A stretch of DNA of 64,000 nucleotides from Cladosporium halotolerans (Eukaryota), in contig NW_027191479.1 in NCBI RefSeq assembly GCF_011745625.1, positions 62,001 through 126,000 on the forward strand. Direction: 5' to 3'. How positions within the stretch are numbered: the stretch's first letter is position 1; the number at the start of each line of letters is the position of its first letter. The position numbers and the translations under genes were made by a program. This document shows, piece by piece, positions 36,044 through 47,410 of this stretch. Below the pieces are notes generated by a model that saw nothing but the letters and a program-made list of their open reading frames with translations, did not search any database and was not told where the DNA came from.

Positions 36044-36635
36044 CGCTTAGTCATTCCATCCCTCGAAACATGCAGCTTTAGCTCACATGGGAGAGCGCCA
36101 GACTGAAGTTCACTTCATGTCACTACAAGCATTCTGTGCGGTATCTGGAGGTACTGTGTTCGATCCACAGAAGCTGCAATTTCTTTTGGAGTTTTTTGGC
36201 GGCAATTGGGATTTGGCTTTCTCTGGTCTGGGGAAGATGATGGCGGAGCTGGAGAACGGTACTTGGACCACTTTTTGTCCGGATGGGCAGGATTCATTCT
36301 GGCGGACGAAAATGTATATGGACGTCTTACCATTTTGCCTAGACTATCAAGACCAAATGTCTTTTCGGGGATTCTCGCAGATCCGATAGACTAGAACGCG
36401 TCGTAGTCTTCCAAAGCCTACAAATCTTTGGGTGAGCGATACATGTAGGGCCATATAGCGTTTGCCTCTCTTCCTTGTATCTCGTCATAGCCGTAGTCTG
36501 GCTTCACTCACAGTTCTTCTTCTATCTCGCAATCCTTCCTCATTTACATTGCTGCTGGCTGCGCCTCAGACAGGGCCGTCATTATTCCAAAGCCTCTCTT
36601 CCATATCGTACACATTATCATACACCCCCTCCCCC

Positions 36636-37681
36636 TCACCTCGAGCCCCTCCTATACTCCTCCCCCTCCGCCCCAATACTAAACCTCCCCGCCTCCAACG
36701 CCCCATACCCCTCCTCAACATCCCTCGCCCTCTTCGGGCTCCCGCTCCTACTACCCCTGCCCCCTCCCAGCGCCTCATACGGCTCATCGCAATCCGCCGC
36801 CCACAGACTCGGATAGTACCTCCGCCAATTGAACACGCACACCACAGCCCCCAGCACGCTCCCGCTCACGACGTCGAACACGTCGTGCCGGTAGTCCTCC
36901 AGCCGGCTGATCGCTATCAGCGCCGCGCCGACCAGCGGCGCGAGGCACAGCAGGACCGTCGCGTGCGAGGCGCGCGGCCGCAGGCAGTGCGTTTGCGCCG
37001 CGAGGAAGAGCGCCAGCCAGCCGAGGCCCGCGAAGGCGAAGGATGAGTGGCCCGAGGGGTAGGAGCGCCAGCCGTCTTGCAGGAGGTGGGTGTTGGCTTT
37101 TTCCGTGCAGACGGCGATCGTCACGAGGGTGTTGGTTGGCGTGGAGGAGGCGGGTTTGCAGCGCGCAAGGAGGTCGGGGCGCGGGCGCCCGATGGCGTTT
37201 TTGAAGATGTCGGTTAGGAAGGAGGTGGTGAGGATTGTGAGGGCGAGGCCGAGGAGGGTCACGTGGGTTTTGTGCGTGGAGCGGTTGGGGAGGATGAGCG
37301 TGCTGGCTAGGAGGAGCAAGGCGGGGATGCCGGCGGCGTAGACGAAGAGCATGGCTGAGAGGGGGAGGTGTTAGTGTTTGGTGGACTGTGAAGGAGGTTG
37401 GTTTGGGAGCCATTGGGGTGCTTGTTTGACGTACGGACTGGCACGCGTTCTATTTCCGCGTGCGGGTGTTGGATCCGAGGGTCGTCTACTGTGAACATTT
37501 GGTGGAATGGCTCGCCGGTGAACTCGAAGAAGGAGAGTAAGAGGATTAATATCATCAGGCCCAGATAGTCTCCAGCATAGCTTTTGGCCCAGAAGCGTTG
37601 CGCTGTTTCCCATAGGCCAGACTGAGGCGGGGAGGAGGAGCGCATCCTGCGGTTATCATGATGGCTCTCCGAGCCAGGCAT
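36636..37681 (-). CDS. PAP2 lipid phosphate phosphatase (DPP1-like)
   Basis: KNAIGRPRPDLLARC, SYPSGHSS, SRLEDYRHDVFDV; intron 37355-37434. Confidence 0.92.
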
Positions 37682-37950
37682 CGTTCGAAGTGGAAAAGGA
37701 AACAAAGAAATACAAGGAATGTTTACATCGAAAGTAGAGTGGAGAGATCCTCACGTGCGACTCTCAAGGGGATGTGACGACTTGTGGATCGCGGACCCCA
37801 GATCGTCGAAAGCTTGAGGGCGGAGCCGCAGCGCGCGATCCGTCAACCGAACTCGAACCCTTTGCGCGCGAGCTCTAACCACACTCCACTCTCCTATGGG
37901 CCCCGGACTTCCTCCCTGACCACTTGGATACCTCGAGGCTGTCACACAAC

Positions 37951-38712
37951 ATGGCCGAGAAACCGCAGACCAAGGCCAACTTCCCAACCCCGCCGCCGTT
38001 CTACAAGCACTTCACAAAAGACAACATCGCAAAGCTTCGCGAGATCCGGAAGGAAAATGGCGTTTCCCAGCCAGACTCCGATGACTCGCGCTCAGCAGAC
38101 GCCAAAGATGTCGATACCGCAACGCTCCCCTCCGAACTCCGCTACCTCATCCCACCACCCCTCCCCGCCGACGGCAAATGGCGCACCTTTGGCGCCCAGC
38201 ACGACCTGAACGCGCCAGACCCGTCGCTCGAAGACGCCGGCATCGAAACTCTCTTCCCCAATGACCCTTCGGTGAAACTCAACCCGCAGCCATATCTGCT
38301 CAGCCTCGCGCGCTCGCTCTTGACAACCTTCCTCGCGCTCACGGGAACGTTGAGCGAAGACCCGACGCAGTACCTGGAAAGAGTCACGGACCTTAAGACG
38401 ATCGTGACGAATATGCACCATCTTATCAATCAGTATCGGCCGCACCAAGCGAGGGAGACGCTCATATTGATGATGGAGGAGAGGATTGAGAAGCTGAGAG
38501 GGGAAATCAAGGCGGTTGGTGAAGCTGAAGAGAAGATGGATGGGATTTTTAAGGGCTTGCAGGATAAGGGTGCAGCACAGGCTACTGAGCAAGAAGACGG
38601 GCACGCGGAGCAGCATAAGACGGCTAATGTCGGTGACGCGGAAAAGCAACGACAGCGAAGCGCGTGGGATGCGCTGCAAGCCGCTGATCTGGACGACGAG
38701 GAGGAAACGTGA
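37951..38712 (+). CDS. MED7: Mediator subunit 7
   Basis: FPTPPPFYKHFT, LRYLIPPP, NMHHLINQYRPHQARETLILMMEE. Confidence 0.93.
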   Translation: MAEKPQTKANFPTPPPFYKHFTKDNIAKLREIRKENGVSQPDSDDSRSADAKDVDTATLPSELRYLIPPPLPADGKWRTFGAQHDLNAPDPSLEDAGIETLFPNDPSVKLNPQPYLLSLARSLLTTFLALTGTLSEDPTQYLERVTDLKTIVTNMHHLINQYRPHQARETLILMMEERIEKLRGEIKAVGEAEEKMDGIFKGLQDKGAAQATEQEDGHAEQHKTANVGDAEKQRQRSAWDALQAADLDDEEET

Positions 38713-38858
38713 TTGCCAAAACTACAGTCGGATATCAAAGTCCAACTGAGGCGCTGCCATCGAATGTCGCGAGCATTGCCGGGATATATCCATTCAGACG
38801 CCTTCCTTCAGCGATTACTGCTGAGGAAATTCCAAGACTCAGCCCTGCTCAGTCAATC

Positions 38859-39281
38859 TCACTTGTCCTCGATCTGGGCACGCTGCGATTTCTTATTATC
38901 AGAGGCAGCAGCTGCTCCGGCTGCGCTGAGGTTGCCCTTGCCGGCACCTGCAAGGAAAGTCAGCCTCACTTCACAGACCAATCACGGACACAACGAACCT
39001 TTCATCGCCGCCTTGTCGTCGCGATGCTCGACGGAGCTACCATCAGCGGCTGTCTCCTTCGTCGACTTGCCGGAGAAGACGCCTGAAAGAGCGCCGAAAA
39101 TGTTGAGGTTAAGTCCAGCCTAAACAAGTCAGCTCCTCGAAGAGAACTCTCTGCGCATCGGACCCTTGGCGCCACTCACACTGGCGCTAGCTTTCGCGCT
39201 CTCCTCATGAGTCTCTACCTGGCCGGTTCGCGACGGAGCAACCTGCTGGTCGGCCTTCTTGGACACAGCGTTGGACGACAT
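38859..39281 (-). CDS. Small hydrophilic Ala/Ser/Lys/Gly-rich protein (about 103 aa), 3 exons
   Basis: Introns 39120-39179 (GTGAGT..GCTGAC..TAG) and 38948-38998 (GTTCGT..GCTGAC..CAG) join an uninterrupted frame MSSNAVSKKADQQ...AGLNLNIFGALSGVFSGK...QRAQIEDK*. Confidence 0.75.
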
Positions 39282-40193
39282 GCTTGGATAGGTCTTAAGG
39301 GTACAGCTCACGAGTTGGAGATCGAGCGTGGGGTCTATAGACGATCGAGGCTTTGTAGATCTGGAATTTAAGGGTCTAGGTATGAGGAGGACGGCCTGGC
39401 TGTGGCTGAGGCTTCACTTTGTATCCTCGAGATATGCGAGGTGTGGTTGAGCTCAGCTCTCAGCCCTGTCGTCACAAACCGGTTTCGACGCCGAGGTGAC
39501 TTCCTCTTTGGGAGCTGAGGAGCTTGGGCGGCATTGCGTCACCGCGCTTCTTGGGCTTCGTCTTCGCGTCTGTATGGCTGTATGAGATGCGTTTACGACG
39601 GAGGAGAATCAATTGAGATGGTTTTGAGGCTACAAAGTCCACGCATTATGCGAGTTCGATGCATCATCCATGCATTTTCGACGTCAGATGAGTTATCCAT
39701 TCACCGTTCCACAGCTAAGCGAGCGCCAGTGAACGAACCAATGTATAAAATCCAGGCACTCCTCACCATTGACTGAAAAAGTCTTGAAACACGCATCCAT
39801 TGAACGGTGCTTCGACTGCAGCAACCCCATGTCCACCTTTCTCACGGCGGAAGTGTCGTGAATCATGGACGCGTAGCGATCAGGACCCGTCAAACATGGA
39901 GCGTTTGACAAGCATCAAGACTGGTCAAAAGCTTGGAACCCTAGGTAGAGCTTGGCAATTTGATGACAGTCGAAAGATGTCTGTTCAAACTCTCAGACAG
40001 AATCACGCAAATGATGCCGTAGTCATGACAGTCCCAGTGCCCCTTCGTTCCAATCGCTTGTTAGTCGTATGACGTCACGCCTGTCAGCACGTCCTGACCA
40101 ACACTCTCGCGCTGTCTCGACGCGCCGGAGATTCGCCCTGCATACAACCGACATGTTTTCCTAATCGTTGCTTTGAGAGTCAACACGCTCAAG

Positions 40194-42330
40194 ATGTCTG
40201 CGAGCGACCTCAACAGGTACGCTCAGTATGTCACAGCCACAAGTTCGCTAGTCTTGCGGGCGGCGGCATTTGTGTTCCTGAGATGGGTATGTTCTGACAC
40301 GACATCAACCATGTCGTGTTTACGGCAGCTAAAAAAGATGATGAAGGACTGACGATTTCATAGATTCCTGGTCATGTGCGTAACTCGAACTTCTACCAAC
40401 CACAACACCTTGAATCTAACTACCGCAGCCATTTCCGCCGATTATTTACACTTGTCTCGCTGCCTACATTCCGGCGTTCGTCTACAACCTGACACATACG
40501 AGCTCTTACAACATCATCTCCGATGACATCGATATTGTCACACGTGAGGTTAATGACGAAGATGCTGCCGAAGATGTCGATCCTCGTTATGCAGACAGTA
40601 AAGCAGCGGAGCACCCCGGTGCCGAGTTGGACGTTCAGGAAACCGTTATCCTTGACGAACGAGGCCCGGAGGCATTCAACACTATTGTGACCGGCCTGCC
40701 TAGCCCTACAAGTCTATTCTGGACGACTCTCACTTTTCTCGTCAACGTCGCCTTGGTGCTTATGACAGTCGACCTCGTCTACCGCGGAGTGACATTCTAC
40801 CCTGCGCAGGACCTGTCCATGGCACGTGTTGGATACGTGTCCGATCGCGATGCAAGACTACTGGTCCGAGAGGCAGATGCTCATAAGTATCCAATCTCAG
40901 CATCCTTCAGGAACGTCGACCCTCCGCTGGCTGGAGGCGCTGATACTACCTGGAAATCTTCTGGTCGCATTGACTGGCTTGATGACACCACGGACTTCAC
41001 CGGAACATTCACACTCTCCGGACTGAGGCCAGACACGAGATATCAGTGGGCCTTGTCAAACAACCACACTGGCCATTTCACTACGGCACCCAGGACTGGT
41101 CGAACCTCCAACCGTGTTGGCGCTGCTGGATCGTTCACATTCGTCCACTCATCATGCCTGAAGAACAACTTTCCCTACGTGCCTTTCAGACATCCGCTCA
41201 GCAACCCAGGGCTCAAGCACTTTTCGCAAGCCGTCCAGAACCTGAAGGCGCAATTCATGGTCTTCCTGGGCGACTTCATCTACATCGACGTACCCTGGCG
41301 AATTGGCTCCACGGCCGAAAACTATCGACAGGAATACCGCCGCGTATATGCCAGCCCGGACTGGAACGACGCGACGAAGGACCTGCCATGGATCCACGTC
41401 TACGATGACCATGAAGTCGCCAATGACTGGGATGGCAATACGACTGGTGTGTTCGGCGCCGCCTACGATCCGTACGCCCATTACCACACTTCTGTCAACC
41501 CACCCGCTGTTCGCCCGCACGAGAGCTGGTTCTCATTCACCCAGGGACCTGCATCGTTCTTCATGATCGACACACGGCGCTATCGATCTCCCAACGATAA
41601 TACCAACGGCTCTGACCCTATCACCGGTGAGCCGACGAAGACCATGCTCGGTGAAGCACAACTGGCCGATCTACTCGCCTGGCTTAAGAAGCCAGAGCCC
41701 TCCGGCGTCCGCTGGAAGATTCTGATCAGCTCAATACCTTTCACGAAAAACTGGTGGTTCGGCGCTCAAGACACCTGGCGTGGCTACCTCGGCGAGCGCC
41801 AGATCATCCTTGAAGCGATGTGGGACGTCGGTCTCCGCAGCGACGGCGTCGGCGTCGTCGTGCTCTCCGGCGACCGTCACGAGTTCGCCGCAACAGCATT
41901 CCCGCCGCCTCCGGACGGCAAAGAAGAAGCGGTCGGCCTCGCCGCGCACCCCGCCGTCGAGAACCCGTTCCGTCCCAAAGACCCCGCCAGCTACGCCCAC
42001 ATCCCCGTGCAGACCAAGCGTAAGCGCTGGCCGCTGAGCGCCACCGTTCACGAGTTCTCCGCCTCGCCGCTGAACATGTTCTACCTGCCCGTGCGCACGT
42101 ACAGGGAGTCGTCGACTTCGCCGGACTACGTCTCGGATGTCTGCATTAAGTATCTGCCTGACGGGAACAGCAAGTTCGGCGCCGTTTCGATTTCCAGCCC
42201 GCGGACGAGCGAGCAGAGTCTTCTGCACTACCGCTTGTTCATCGATGGGCAGGAGGCATGGAGCTACACGATTACGACGCCTCCTGCGGTTGGTGGTGGC
42301 GGAAGGAGCAAGGATGCGATTTGGGGATGA
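40194..42330 (+). CDS. PhoD-like alkaline phosphatase D family membrane protein
   Basis: SSC, FLGDFIYID, YDDHEVANDW, DTRRYRS, QDTW.GY..ER, LSGDRHE; introns 40287-40363 and 40376-40428 flank a 12-nt exon. Confidence 0.88.
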
Positions 42331-43352
42331 CGCAGGTAGCTTGAAGGCTTCGTGTCTACTTTGTAAGAGTAGAGTGGTGATGCTATTGGAGGATCGAAGA
42401 GCTCATTGTCCTAGCGTTGCTCTCATTGTGAGGCAACCATGCAGCCTACTTCGTTGCTTGCAGCTGTCATGCTGTGAGCTGTCAACTGACAGCTGACAGC
42501 GCCGGTAAGATTGTCGCACCTAAATTGCATGGTCCGCTGTACAACCTAAGTAACAATGGAGAACAAAGTACTTGGTCAATGCTTGCTCGCGCTGTTGTGG
42601 ACTGCATATCCTGGTAGCTCGAGCACTGTGGCATTCAAAGATCTAGCTACATCCCGCCGATTAAAGAGGACGGCGCGTTGCCAATACTTCAATACCCTAA
42701 GCGATTCGCATGTGAAATTCATCTGATGTCGGCAGCCGCCTAGCGCATGCGCTAGGTTACCACTCCCCACGTCCATCGGACGCAATGCCGCGTTGCCGCG
42801 GTTATTGTCTGCTGCAACGGGGTTGGTCGAGATCGAGTTGACGGAGCTTACACTCGGTGCTAATGGCATAGCTGTGCCATAGATGCATCTATCCGCAGCT
42901 CGCCGTGCAATTTGCTCTACTGACGTCTCTCCAGGGCCGAGCACGCAAGATGCGCATAATGTCAAAGCCAGGCGGAATGCTTGGAAAGGCAACTCCGTCC
43001 AGCATGTGGCACGTGCCACTATCAAACCGAATAAAGTTGGCGCGTCGCGAACTCTAGAATCGTCGATAGCGGCCGGCTGGCCTGCTTGCGTGCGGCACTT
43101 TGCTGCAAAGCCTGCTTTCCCACCACCAGCGCCGCCTCCTCTCTCCTCCCACTGTCACGCGACGTGGACGTTGTGCTCTCCTGTGAATTTCCTTGTCGCC
43201 ACTCGCGAGCCCTTTCAACAGACGCTCGAGTCGGATAATTGGTACCCTTGTTTTCTTCCCTTGCTTTTCTCGCCGCCTCGCGCTTCCTTCTTCCCTGTCA
43301 AACTTTCGCGACTGCGCGACTGGCCCCGACATCCTAGCAGGACCAGCGCCAC

Positions 43353-45247
43353 ATGTCCCTCATTCAGCGTGTCACTTCCATCGACGGTCAGGATCGCGAG
43401 TCTAATTATGGCGGCACGGTACGGTCTGTCCGCCGTGTGATTTCGTACGATGCCTTCCATCCGACGGAGGAAACTCCTCAGCAGGACCACGCGCATCACC
43501 CGCTCCACACTGTGACGGCGTACAAGGTCGCGACGGCGAAGCGTTTGGGTAAGTCTTCTTGATACTGACTTTGATTTCTTCGTGTGCTGACAGCGATTCA
43601 CAGCTCAGGTGGTTTTCACTGTTTTGGCATGTTGGCTGGCTTCGGGTATCGTCTTCGGTTTCGCGGCGTTGAAGCCGGTGTTGGTGGATGCGGGCGTTTA
43701 TCGGGAGATGTGTACGGCCGACGAGATCGCGGAGGGCGTTGATGTGTGCTATGAGCAAGATTTGAGGTGAGTCCCGGATGCGAATGGGATCAACATGCCG
43801 TGCCGCTTGCTGACATGCCCACCAGACTCAACTTCTTCTTTGCCATCGCATCTACGACGTGCAACGTCTCCGCGCTCCCCGTCGGCACCATCTTGGACAG
43901 GTACGGGCCTCGTGTGTGCGCAGTTCTCGGTAGCTTCTTCCTCGCAGCCGGTTCGCTGCTGATGGGGTACGCATTCCAAATCCCTGAATTCGACGGGTTC
44001 GTGCCAGCCAACATCTGCTTCGCGCTCGGCGGCACCTTCATCTTCCTGCCTTCCTTCCAGATCGCCAATGCGTTCCCTAAGTACTCCGGCACCATTGTCG
44101 CAACGGTCACGGGAGCCTTCGACGCGTCGGCTGCCGTGTTCCTTTTCTACCGCCTTGCGTACCAGAGCTCTGGCGGCTCCCTCACGCCCCAGAAGTTCTT
44201 CTTCGGGTACCTGGCGGTGCCGGTGCTGATCTTTATCGCGCAGTTCACTATCATGAGCCCAGATAACTATAAGACCAGGCCAGAGCTTGAACAGAAGCTT
44301 GAAAAGGCTGAGGATGTCCATGGCGATGTAAGCTTTTTTCCTTCTTAATTGATCTGAGAATCTTTGCTGACAGTGATTAGGTACATTCCTCAGACGACGA
44401 TCTCAGCGATGACGAGGTCAGACGCTTGCGTAGGGGCCGTCGCGAGCATCGCGAGTCCAAGATCGCAGAGTTGGACAAGCTCATCGGCGACAAGGACGAG
44501 CGTGCTCAGCGCGAGGAGCAGGAACAGGCTCGCCACCAGGCATCCGGTGTCTGGGGTGCCCTCCACGGCAAAACTGCTGTCGAGCAAATGCTGACCCCTT
44601 GGTTCATCCTGATGACCGGACTGACAGTTCTGCAAATGCTTCGCATGAACTACTTCATCGCCACCATCCGCGGCCAGTACGAGTACATGCTCGGCTCCGA
44701 AGCCGCATCGATCCAGATCAACACTTTCTTCGACATCGTTCTGCCGCTCGGTGGTGTTCTCGCGACCCCGGTCATTGGCATCCTGCTCGACAGCGTCAGC
44801 ACCGCCACCCTGCTCGCCATCCTCGTCGCCTTCATCACCACGATCGGCATCTTCGGCTCCCTGCCTTTCATGTGGGCCGGCTACATCAATGTCATCCTCT
44901 TCTGCCTGCTCCGCCCGCTCTATTACTCCGCAATGAGCGACTACGCCGCCAAGGTCTTCGGCTTCGCCACCTTTGGCCGCGTCTACGGCACGATCATCTG
45001 CTTCAGCGGTCTGGTGAACCTGTTCCAGCCCGCCATCGACGCCATGAGCCACGATGTCTTCCACAACAACCCGACGCCCGTCAACGCCTTCCTCGCCGGC
45101 CTGGCCTTCGTCATCGGCACCGTGCTCGTCGTCTACGTCCGCGTCCAGGGCCGCAAGGTCATGAAGGAGCACGCGATCGAGGACGCTGAGACGGAGAGCA
45201 TCCTGCAATCGATCGCGGAGGACGAGTCGGAGTACGGCACTTTCTGA
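43353..45247 (+). CDS. MFS transporter, FMP42/SLC43-like
   Basis: SGIVFGFAALKPVL, CYEQDLRLN, ALPVGTILDRYGPR, GAFDASA, RMNYFIATI, RPLYYSAMSDYAAKVFGFATFGRVYG; introns 43549-43603, 43767-43825, 44328-44380. Confidence 0.9.
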
Positions 45248-46227
45248 TGAGTTTTGCGAAGCGAGCAGCTCGTTGTTTGGTCTCCTCCCGTTCTTCCGAA
45301 GCGTTTCAGCGAGCGCGCTTTTTGTGTCTTCATTGTCGTTGTTGATGTTGTTCGTCGCGTTGCGCTGTTGCTCCCGTACATCATCGCGTTTTTGGAGCGA
45401 TTCTTGCGTTGCTTGCCTTCACACAGCCTTTGCTGATCGATCGTTGCGATTTATTTGGCGAATGTAGCGGTTCGGTTGTTACTGTTGTCGATAGAGATAC
45501 AAATTTACGCAGCGTAATATAGACACTTCATGTTCGAAAAACAAAACAAACATTGCGACGGTCACATGCAGGATACAAGGAAGGTCATGCGTGTACTTGT
45601 ATGCAGCATCCCTACGGCTGCACGTCTTGCAGACGTGGAATGGCGTGCTTGGGCGCCGAAGCGCGCTAGGCGATTGGAGGGAGTTGGTGGTGTGACCCTT
45701 GCTGAGACGAGACTTATCTTATCTTGGAGAGGGAGAGAAACAGAAGTGGATAGCTTGGCTTGATACATTCGTGACCCGGCCGGATTGCTTGCACTAATTC
45801 ATGCGTTTGTTGCTACGAACGTCGAAGCATCAGGTCTGTAAATGACTGCTCTGGATACGCTGAAAGACGTCCAGTGGCATAGGATTGACATTCTTCCGAG
45901 CTTCGTCCGAAGAAGATTTTGTCAGGTTGCTTTCGGTTGTCGTCGCAGAGACGAATGTCATATCTGCTCCTTCTCTCCGAAGTGAAGTCGTTCGGATAAT
46001 CAAAGGAGCGAGATCGGTAATGCCTCAGGAGTTAAGGTTGTCACGGTTGTTATAGCTGGGGACAAAGTGTGGGTCTCGGTCTTGGTTGGAAGCGGAATGT
46101 GGAGGTCGAAACCACGAGAACTTGATGTCACCGAATCCCCGAAACATTATTCAACCACGACACAATCTGCTGGCCTCTGCGGGATGGGCGACGACCACGA
46201 CAAGAGTCAAGACCGCAGCGATCCACC

Positions 46228-46926
46228 ATGAACACCAACGTCAAGCTTCTCGAGCCAACACAGCAAGTCTTCGCGATCCCCGAACTTCTTGAATGGATCC
46301 TCCTCCACCTCGGCCAAATATCACCACTCCCGGGGCTCCAACTATACATCCTACAGCGCCTGAACCGCACCTTCGAGGAAACGATCAAGCGCTCAATCGG
46401 CATCCAGCAACGCATGCAGCAGGCGCACATCAGCGAGACGAATCCCTACCAGCACGCCGAGAACTTGGACTCCATCCGCTGGTTGTCGGGTCACGTGGCC
46501 AACACAATACCGCCCATCAAGACGATTGACGCTTTCTGGCCGAACCACATCGGCGCCACATTGCAGCAGCTCTCCATTGACGTCCCCAAGGCAGGCCAGC
46601 CACGGCCGAATGAAGATGTGATCAAGGCTTTCAAGCGCCCCGACGCGCCGTGGCGGACGATGAAGCTGGCGAGCTTGCCACTGAAGGGCGAAATCTTCCT
46701 GGACGTGCAGCTGAACGATGCGCAGGCGAGGCTGACGGACGGGCGAGACTCTTCTATCACGCGGCTGCAGATTAGTGCGGAGACGCTGGGGGAGTTGTTC
46801 GATGTTATTGAGGAGATTCGGGCGAGGACGCCGGAGCAGCATCTTCATTGGGAGAGGAGGCCGAAGATGGGGGTTGTTAATCCACCTAATGTTAGGGAGA
46901 TATTTATTATGGAAGAGTTGTTCTGA
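46228..46926 (+). CDS. F-box-like domain protein, lineage-specific type
   Basis: QQVFAIPELLEWILLHL...LYILQRLNRTFEETIKRS..IQQRM; APWRTMKL. Confidence 0.65.
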   Translation: MNTNVKLLEPTQQVFAIPELLEWILLHLGQISPLPGLQLYILQRLNRTFEETIKRSIGIQQRMQQAHISETNPYQHAENLDSIRWLSGHVANTIPPIKTIDAFWPNHIGATLQQLSIDVPKAGQPRPNEDVIKAFKRPDAPWRTMKLASLPLKGEIFLDVQLNDAQARLTDGRDSSITRLQISAETLGELFDVIEEIRARTPEQHLHWERRPKMGVVNPPNVREIFIMEELF

Positions 46927-47266
46927 ATGATTTTGTCGAGTGATTTAATTGTCGTGTTTCACGTGGGACAGTGAGTTGCCAAAAATGTACATTTTTAGCG
47001 AGGCTCGGATCATTTGACGCCTGTCACGGCGATGCACAGAGAGACTGCCACTACTATACTTACACTGCATTGATTCAATCGCGAATGGCATCATCATTTA
47101 CAGAGGTCTTCAAAGCATACCGTCAGCGTGTATCATTGCCCTCCACTTCATGGTAGGCGAGAGAAATGAACAAGAGTGAGATCAACCAGGTGTTGGTAGG
47201 GTTAGGGTTGGGGTTGATCCGCAAGCTTATCAGATCGCGGGCGTTTCGCTTTGGATCTCCGCGCTT

Positions 47267-47298
47267 TGTTTACGCCTCCGCGCGCAAGTCTGTAAACA
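47267..47298. promoter_or_regulatory. Inverted pair of forkhead sites upstream of YCG1
   Basis: TGTTTAC 47267-47273 and GTAAACA 47292-47298 flanking CGCG elements, about 115-145 bp before the ATG. Confidence 0.5.
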
Positions 47299-47410
47299 CC
47301 GCCAATCGGCAACGGCGGCTACGACAAACCTCTGCAACGAATGAAGAGACGACTGACGACAGATACGCGATCACGAAAACTACCGATCAAAACATAGCGA
47401 ACACGCCAAC

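Noticed and set aside
36087..36389. 100-aa ORF downstream of the F-box gene
   Set aside because: Starts 44 bp after the previous stop with no promoter space and no recognisable motif; cannot be supported.
37845..37905. B-box-like GGGTTCGAGTTC on the minus strand suggesting a tRNA
   Set aside because: No T-stem or acceptor-stem pairing and no cloverleaf; lies in the PAP2/MED7 promoter.
40338..40352. ATGATGA...CTGA C/D-box-like motifs in PhoD intron 1
   Set aside because: The boxes are only a few nt apart and CTGA is part of the branch site; too short for a snoRNA.
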